From: Eledone cirrhosa
Taxonomy: Eukaryota
NCBI GenBank assembly: GCA_964016885.1
Contig: OZ024742.1
Coordinates: 371,814,001-371,878,000 of the forward strand
Length of the DNA: 64,000 nucleotides
Reading direction: 5' to 3'
Positions 55,790-64,000 of the stretch are shown piece after piece. Positions within the stretch are counted from its first letter, which is position 1. Every line of letters starts with the position of its first letter. Both the position numbers and the translations under genes were made by a program. The notes beneath the pieces are model-generated. The model ran no database searches and was not told the DNA's origin. It saw only the letters and a list, made by a program, of their open reading frames with translations.

Positions 55790-58700
55790 CTAGACCAGAC
55801 AGCATGGCCCATTGGTTAGTGTGTTCGACTTGACAATTACAAGGTTGTGGGTTCAATTTCTAGACCAGACAGCATGGCCCATTGGTTAGTATGTTGGACT
55901 TGACAATTACAGGGTTGTGGGTTCAATTTCTAGACCAGACAGCATGGCCCATTGGTTAGTATGTTGGACTTGACAATTACAAGGTTGTGGGTTCAATTTC
56001 TAGACCAGACAGCATGGTCCATTGGTTAGTGTGTTGGACTTGACAATTACAAGGTTGTGGGTTCAATTTCTAGACCAGACAGCATGGCCCATTGGTTAGT
56101 GTGTTCGACTTGACAATTACAAGGTTGTGGGTTCAATTTCTAGACCAGACAGCATGGCCCATTGGTTAGTATGTTGGACTTGACAATTACAGGGTTGTGG
56201 GTTCAATTTCTAGACCAGACAGCATGGCCCATTGGTTAGTATGTTGGACTTGACAATTACAAGGTTGTGGGTTCAATTTCTAGACCAGACAGCATGGTCC
56301 ATTGGTTAGTGTGTTGGACTTGACAATTACAAGGTTGTGGGTTCAATTTCTAGACCAGACAGCATGGCCCATTGGTTAGTGTGTTCGACTTGACAATTAC
56401 AAGGTTGTGGGTTCAATTTCTAGACCAGACAGCATGGCCCATTGGTTAGTATGTTGGACTTGACAATTACAGGGTTGTGGGTTCAATTTCTAGACCAGAC
56501 AGCATGGCCCATTGGTTAGTATGTTGGACTTGACAATTACAAGGTTGTGGGTTCAATTTCTAGACCAGACAGCATGGTCCATTGGTTAGTGTGTTGGACT
56601 TGACAATTACAAGGTTGTGGGTTCAATTTCTAGACCAGACAGCATGGCCCATTGGTTAGTGTGTTCGACTTGACAATTACAAGGTTGTGGGTTCAATTTC
56701 TAGACCAGACAGCATGGCCCATTGGTTAGTATGTTGGACTTGACAATTACAGGGTTGTGGGTTCAATTTCTAGACCAGACAGCATGGCCCATTGGTTAGT
56801 ATGTTGGACTTGACAATTACAAGGTTGTGGGTTCAATTTCTAGACCAGACAGCATGGTCCATTGGTTAGTGTGTTGGACTTGACAATTACAAGGTTGTGG
56901 GTTCAATTTCTAGACCAGACAGCATGGCCCATTGGTTAGTGTGTTCGACTTGACAATTACAAGGTTGTGGGTTCAATTTCTAGACCAGACAGCATGGCCC
57001 ATTGGTTAGTATGTTGGACTTGACAATTACAGGGTTGTGGGTTCAATTTCTAGACCAGACAGCATGGCCCATTGGTTAGTATGTTGGACTTGACAATTAC
57101 AAGGTTGTGGGTTCAATTTCTAGACCAGACAGCATGGTCTATTGGTTAGTGTGTTGGACTTGACAATTACAAGGTTGTGGGTTCAATTTCTAGACCAGAC
57201 AGCATGGCCCATTGGTTAGTGTGTTCGACTTGACAATTACAAGGTTGTGGGTTCAATTTCTAGACCAGACAGCATGGCCCATTGGTTAGTATGTTGGACT
57301 TGACAATTAAAGGGTTGTGGGTTCAATTTCTAGACCAGACAGCATGGCCCATTGGTTAGTATGTTGGACTTGACAATTACAAGGTTGTGGGTTCAATTTC
57401 TAGACCAGACAGCATGGTCCATTGGTTAGTGTGTTGGACTTGACAATTACAAGGTTGTGGGTTCAATTTCTAGACCAGACAGCATGGCCCATTGGTTAGT
57501 GTGTTCGACTTGACAATTACAAGGTTGTGGGTTCAATTTCTAGACCAGACAGCATGGCCCATTGGTTAGTATGTTGGACTTGACAATTACAGGGTTGTGG
57601 GTTCAATTTCTAGACCAGACAGCATGGCCCATTGGTTAGTATGTTGGACTTGACAATTACAAGGTTGTGGGTTCAATTTCTAGACCAGACAGCATGGTCC
57701 ATTGGTTAGTGTGTTGGACTTGACAATTACAAGGTTGTGGGTTCAATTTCTAGACCAGACAGCATGGCCCATTGGTTAGTGTGTTCGACTTGACAATTAC
57801 AAGGTTGTGGGTTCAATTTCTAGACCAGACAGCATGGCCCATTGGTTAGTATGTTGGACTTGACAATTACAGGGTTGTGGGTTCAATTTCTAGACCAGAC
57901 AGCATGGCCCATTGGTTAGTATGTTGGACTTGACAATTACAAGGTTGTGGGTTCAATTTCTAGACCAGACAGCATGGTCCATTGGTTAGTATGTTGGACT
58001 TGACAATTACAAGGTTGTGGGTTCAATTTCTAGACCAGACAGCATGGCCCATTGGTTAGTGTGTTCGACTTGACAATTACAAGGTTGTGGGTTCAATTTC
58101 TAGACCAGACAGCATGGCCCATTGGTTAGTATGTTGGACTTGACAATTACAGGGTTGTGGGTTCAATTTCTAGACCAGACAGCATGGCCCATTGGTTAGT
58201 ATGTTGGACTTGACAATTACAAGGTTGTGGGTTCAATTTCTAGACCAGACAGCATGGTCTATTGGTTAGTGTGTTGGACTTGACAATTACAAGGTTGTGG
58301 GTTCAATTTCTAGACCAGACAGCATGGCCCATTGGTTAGTGTGTTCGACTTGACAATTACAAGGTTGTGGGTTCAATTTCTAGACCAGACAGCATGGCCC
58401 ATTGGTTAGTATGTTGGACTTGACAATTACAGGGTTGTGGGTTCAATTTCTAGACCAGACAGCATGGCCCATTGGTTAGTATGTTGGACTTGACAATTAC
58501 AAGGTTGTGGGTTCAATTTCTAGACCAGACAGCATGGTCCATTGGTTAGTGTGTTGGACTTGACAATTACAAGGTTGTGGGTTCAATTTCTAGACCAGAC
58601 AGCATGGCCCATTGGTTAGTGTGTTCGACTTGACAATTACAAGGTTGTGGGTTCAATTTCTAGACCAGACAGCATGGCCCATTGGTTAGTATGTTGGACT

Positions 58701-59770
58701 TGACAATTACAGGGTTGTGGGTTCAATTTCTAGACCAGACAGCATGGCCCATTGGTTAGTATGTTGGACTTGACAATTACAAGGTTGTGGGTTCAATTTC
58801 TAGACCAGACAGCATGGTCCATTGGTTAGTGTGTTGGACTTGACAATTACAAGGTTGTGGGTTCAATTTCTAGACCAGACAGCATGGCCCATTGGTTAGT
58901 GTGTTCGACTTGACAATTACAAGGTTGTGGGTTCAATTTCTAGACCAGACAGCATGGCCCATTGGTTAGTATGTTGGACTTGACAATTACAGGGTTGTGG
59001 GTTCAATTTCTAGACCAGACAGCATGGCCCATTGGTTAGTATGTTGGACTTGACAATTACAAGGTTGTGGGTTCAATTTCTAGACCAGACAGCATGGTCC
59101 ATTGGTTAGTGTGTTGGACTTGACAATTAGAAGGTTGTGGGTTCAATTTCTAGACCAGACAGCATGGCCCATTGGTTAGTGTGTTCGACTTGACAATTAC
59201 AAGGTTGTGGGTTCAATTTCTAGACCAGACAGCATGGCCCATTGGTTAGTATGTTGGACTTGACAATTACAGGGTTGTGGGTTCAATTTCTAGACCAGAC
59301 AGCATGGCCCATTGGTTAGTATGTTGGACTTGACAATTACAAGGTTGTGGGTTCAATTTCTAGACCAGACAGCATGGTCCATTGGTTAGTGTGTTGGACT
59401 TGACAATTACAAGGTTGTGGGTTCAATTTCTAGACCAGACAGCATGGCCCATTGGTTAGTGTGTTGGACTTGACAATTACAAGGTTGTGATTTCAATTTC
59501 TAGACCAGACAGCATGGCCCATTGGTTAGTATGTTGGACTTGACAATTACAGGGTTGTGGGTTCAATTTCTAGACCAGACAGCATGGCCCATTTGTTAGT
59601 ATGTTGGACTTGACAATTACAAGGTTGTGGGTTCAATTTCTAGACCAGACAGCATGGTCCATTGGTTAGTGTGTTGGACTTGACAATTACAAGGTTGTGG
59701 GTTCAATTTCTAGACCAGACAGCATGGCCCATTGGTTAGTGTGTTCGACTTGACAATTACAAGGTTGTGG
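55790..59770. repeat. Regular 4-monomer (280 bp) higher-order repeat, about 14 units
   Basis: The cycle is [GTTCGAC]-[AGTATG+CAGGG]-[AGTATG]-[GGTCC]. GTGTTCGACT occurs every 280 bp from 55821 to 59741 except at 59461. Confidence 0.95.
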
Positions 59771-62700
59771 GTTCAATTTCTAGACCAGACAGCATGGTCC
59801 ATTGGTTATTGTGTTGGACTTGACAATTACAAGGTTGTGGGTTCAATTTCTAAACCAGACAGCATGGCCCATTGGTTAGTGTGTTGGACTTGACAATTAC
59901 AAGGTTGTGGGTTCAATTTCTAGACCAGACAGCATGGCCCATTGGTTAGTGTGTTCGACTTGACAATTACAAGGTTGTGGGTTCAATTTCTACACCAGAC
60001 AGCATGGTCCATTGGTTAGTGTGTTGGACTTGACAATTACAAGGTTGTGGGTTCAATTTCTAGACCAGACAGCATGGCCCATTGGTTAGTGTGTTGGACT
60101 TAACAATTACAAGGGTGTGGATTCTATTTCTAGACCAGACAGCATGGCCCATTGGTTAGTGTGTTGGACTTGACAATTACAAGGTTGTGGGTTAAATTTC
60201 TAGACCAGACAGTATGGCCCATTGGTTAGTGTGTTGGACTTGACAATTACAAGGTTGTGGGTTCAATTTCTAGACCAGACAGCATGGCCCATTGGTTAGT
60301 GTGTTGGACTTGACAATTACAAGGTTGTGGATTCAATTTCTAGACCAGACAGTATGGCCCATTGGTTAGTGTGTTGGACTTGACAATTACAAGGTTATGG
60401 GTTCAATTTCTAGACCAGACAGCATGGCCCATTGGTTAGTGTGTTGGACTTGACAATTACAAGGTTGTGGGTTCAATTTCTAGACCAGACAGCATGGCCC
60501 ATTGGTTAGTGTGTTGGACTTGACAATTACAAGGTTGTGGGTTAAATTTCTAGACCAGACAGTATGGCCCATTGGTTAGTGTGTTGGACTTGACAATTAC
60601 AAGGTTGTGGGTTCAATTTCTACACCAGACAGCATGGCCCATTGGTTAGTGTGTTGGACTTGATAATTACAAGGTTGTGGATTCAATTTCTAGACCAGAC
60701 AGTATGGCCCATTGGTTAGTGTGTTGGACTTGACAATTACAAGGTTATGGGTTCAATTTCTAGACCAGACAGCATGGCTCATTGGTTGGTGTGTTGGACT
60801 TGACAATTACAAGGTCGTGAGTTGAATTTCTAGACCAGACAGCATGGCCCATTGGTTAGTATGTTGGACTTGACAATTACAAGGTTGTGGGTTCAATTTC
60901 TAGACCAGACAGCATGGTCCATTGGTTAGTGTGTTGGACTTGACAATTACAAGGTTGTGGGTTCAATTTCTAGACCAGACAGCATGGCCCATTGGTTAGT
61001 GTGTTGGACTTAACAATTACAAGGTTGTGGGTTCAATTTCTAGACCAGACAGCATGGCCCATTGGTTAGTGTGTTCGACTTGACAATTACAAGGTTGTGG
61101 GTTCAATTTCTAGACCAGACAGCATGGCCCATTGGTTAGTGTGTTGGACTTGACAATTACAAGGTTGTGATTTCAATTTCTAGACCAGACAGTATGGCCC
61201 ATTGGTTAGTGTGTTGGACTTGACAATTACAAGGTTGTGGGTTCAATTTCTAGACCAGACAGTATGGCCCATTGGTTAGTGTGTTGGACTTGACAATTAC
61301 AAGGTTGTGGGTTCAATTTCTAGACCAGACAGCATGGCCCATTGGTTAGTGTGTTGGACTTGACAATTACAAGGTTGTGGGTTCAATTTCTAGACCAGAC
61401 AGCATGGTCCATTGGTTAGTGTGTTGGACTTGACAATTACAAGGTTGTGGGTTCAATTTCTAGACCAGACAGCATGGCCCATTGGTTAGTGTGTTGGACT
61501 TGACAATTGCAAGGTTGTGGGTTCAATTTCTAGACCAGACAGCATGGCCCATTGGTTAGTGTGTTGGACTTAACAATTACAAGGTTGTGGGTTCAATTTC
61601 TAGACCAGACAGCATGGCCCATTGGTTAGTGTGTTGGACTTGACAATTACAAGGTTGTGGGTTCAATTTCTAGACCAGACAGCATGGCCCATTGGTTAGT
61701 GTGTTCGACTTGACAATTACAAGGTTGTGGGTTCAATTTCTAGACCAGACAGCATGGTCCATTGGTTAGTGTGTTGGACTTGACAATTACAAGGTTGTGG
61801 GTTCAATTTCTAGACCAGACAGCATGGCCCATTGGTTAGTGTGTTGGACTTAACAATTACAAGGTTGTGGGTTCAATTTCTAGACCAGACAGCATGGCCC
61901 ATTGGTTAGTGTGTTGGACTTGACAATTACAAGGTTGTGGGTTAAATTTCTAGACCAGACAGTATGGCCCATTGGTTAGTGTGTTGGACTTGACAATTAC
62001 AAGGTTGTGGGTTAAATTTCTAGACCAGACAGCATGGCCCATTGGTTAGTGTGTTGGACTTGACAATTACAAGTTTGTGGATTGAATTTCTAGACCAGAC
62101 AGTATGGCCTATTGGTTAGTGTGTTGGACTTGACAATTACAAGGTTATGGGTTCAATTTCTAGACCAGACAGCATGGCCCATTGGTTAGTGTGTTGGACT
62201 TGACAATTACAAGGTCGTGAGTTGAATTTCTAGACCAGACAGCATGGCCCATTGGTTAGTGTGTTGGACTTGACAATTACAAGGTTGTGGGTTTAATTTC
62301 TAGACCAGACAGCATGGCCCATTGGTTAGTGTGTTGGACTTGACATTTACAAGGTTGTGGGTTCAATTTCTAGACCAGACAGCATGGCCCATTGGATAGT
62401 GTGTTGGACTTGACAATTACAAGGTTGTGGGTTCAATTTCTAGACCAGACAGCATGGCCCATTGGTTAGTGTGTTGGACTTGACAATTACAAGGTTGTGG
62501 ATTCAATTTCTAGACCAGACAGCATGGCCCATTGGTTAGTGTGTTCGACTTGACAATTACAAGGTTGTGGGTTCAATTTCTAGACCAGACAGCATGGCCC
62601 ATTGGTTAGTGTGTTGGACTTGACAATTACAAGGTTGTGGATTCAATTTCTAGACCAGACAGCATGGCCCATTGGTTAGTGTGTTGGACTTGACAATTAC

Positions 62701-62999
62701 AAGGTTGTGGGTTAAATTTCTAGACCAGACAGCATGGCCCATTGGTTAGTGTGTTGGACTTGACAATTACAAGGTTGTGGGTTCAATTTCTAGACCAGAC
62801 AGCATGGCCCATTGGTTAGTGTGTTGGACTTGACAATTACAAGGTTGTGGATTCAATTTCTAGACCAGACAGCATGGCCCAGTGGTTAGTGTGTTGGACT
62901 TGACAATTACAAGGTTGTGGGTTCAATTTCTAGACCAGACAGCATGGTCCATTGGTTAGTGTGTTGGACTTGACAATTGCAAGGTTGTGGGTTCAATTT

Positions 63000-64000
63000 C
63001 TAGACCAGACAGCATGGCCCATTGGTTAGTGTGTTCGACTTGACAATTACAAGGTTGTGGGTTCAATTTCTAGACCAGACAGCATGGCCCATTGGTTAGT
63101 ATGTTGGACTTGACAATTACAGGGTTGTGGGTTCAATTTCTAGACCAGACAGCATGGCCCATTGGTTAGTATGTTGGACTTGACAATTACAAGGTTGTGG
63201 GTTCAATTTCTAGACCAGACAGCATGGTCCATTGGTTAGTGTGTTGGACTTGACAATTACAAGGTTGTGGGTTCAATTTCTAGACCAGACAGCATGGCCC
63301 ATTGGTTAGTGTGTTCGACTTGACAATTACAAGGTTGTGGGTTCAATTTCTAGACCAGACAGCATGGCCCATTGGTTAGTATGTTGGACTTGACAATTAC
63401 AGGGTTGTGGGTTCAATTTCTAGACCAGACAGCATGGCCCATTGGTTAGTATGTTGGACTTGACAATTACAAGGTTGTGGGTTCAATTTCTAGACCAGAC
63501 AGCATGGTCCATTGGTTAGTGTGTTGGACTTGACAATTACAAGGTTGTGGGTTCAATTTCTAGACCAGACAGCATGGCCCATTGGTTAGTGTGTTCGACT
63601 TGACAATTACAAGGTTGTGGGTTCAATTTCTAGACCAGACAGCATGGCCCATTGGTTAGTATGTTGGACTTGACAATTACAGGGTTGTGGGTTCAATTTC
63701 TAGACCAGACAGCATGGCCCATTGGTTAGTATGTTGGACTTGACAATTACAAGGTTGTGGGTTCAATTTCTAGACCAGACAGCATGGTCCATTGGTTAGT
63801 GTGTTGGACTTGACAATTACAAGGTTGTGGGTTCAATTTCTAGACCAGACAGCATGGCCCATTGGTTAGTGTGTTCGACTTGACAATTACAAGGTTGTGG
63901 GTTCAATTTCTAGACCAGACAGCATGGCCCATTGGTTAGTATGTTGGACTTGACAATTACAGGGTTGTGGGTTCAATTTCTAGACCAGACAGCATGGCCC
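63000..64000. repeat. Second patch of the same 280-bp 4-mer HOR, running off the window end
   Basis: GTGTTCGACT at 63031, 63311, 63591 and 63871, with the same intervening variants. Confidence 0.93.

Larger units (their letters stand above)
1..64000. repeat. 70-bp tandem satellite array, about 914 monomers, extending beyond both window edges
   Basis: The unit at 1-70 recurs with 70-bp period throughout. Register shifts show only six small indels (-1 near 1514, 4873 and 7742; +1 near 29145; -2 near 29365 and 35873; net -6 bp, consistent with the phase at 64000). Monomers mostly differ from consensus by 0-4 substitutions. Confidence 0.99.

Noticed and set aside
1-64000. CRISPR array
   Set aside because: The period is similar, but there are no unique spacers. 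The whole 70 bp is repeated, and no leader or cas genes are present.
1-64000. Repetitive protein-coding ORF
   Set aside because: The + strand has stops in all three frames within one monomer (TAG at 7, TAG at 33, TGA at 47). The - strand has TAA, TAA, TAG and TGA, and 70 is not a multiple of 3, so every frame is closed repeatedly.
1-64000. Variant order as an information-bearing code, or variants as sequencing noise
   Set aside because: Variants recur in identical order at multi-kb offsets, which excludes random error and is fully explained by block duplication.

Overview
The whole 64 kb window is one uninterrupted head-to-tail satellite array of a 70-bp monomer (about 914 copies, all in one orientation, consensus AATTTCTAGACCAGACAGCATGGCCCATTGGTTAGTGTGTTGGACTTGACAATTACAAGGTTGTGGGTTC, 44% GC, no CpG). 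I see no protein-coding gene, unique sequence, CRISPR spacer or inserted element. Re-phased to begin at GACAGCA, the monomer is collinear with a tRNA or the head of a tRNA-derived SINE: an RNA polymerase III A-box-like motif (TGGCCCATTGG), a degenerate anticodon arm, a short variable loop and a B-box-like motif (GGTTCAATTTC). It has no acceptor stem, so it is not a functional tRNA. Diagnostic variants show layered structure: irregular block duplications offset by 20-80 monomers (1-29 kb), a 93-mer-offset duplication with nested 7- and 14-mers (29-41 kb), three tandem 61-63-mers (39-52 kb) and a regular 4-mer higher-order repeat (55.8-59.8 kb and 63-64 kb). Pol III terminator-like T6 variants are confined to the left 29 kb, and there is one apparent long-range micro-conversion at 5173-5179. 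All analysis was by eye, block boundaries are approximate, and the organism cannot be established from this window.
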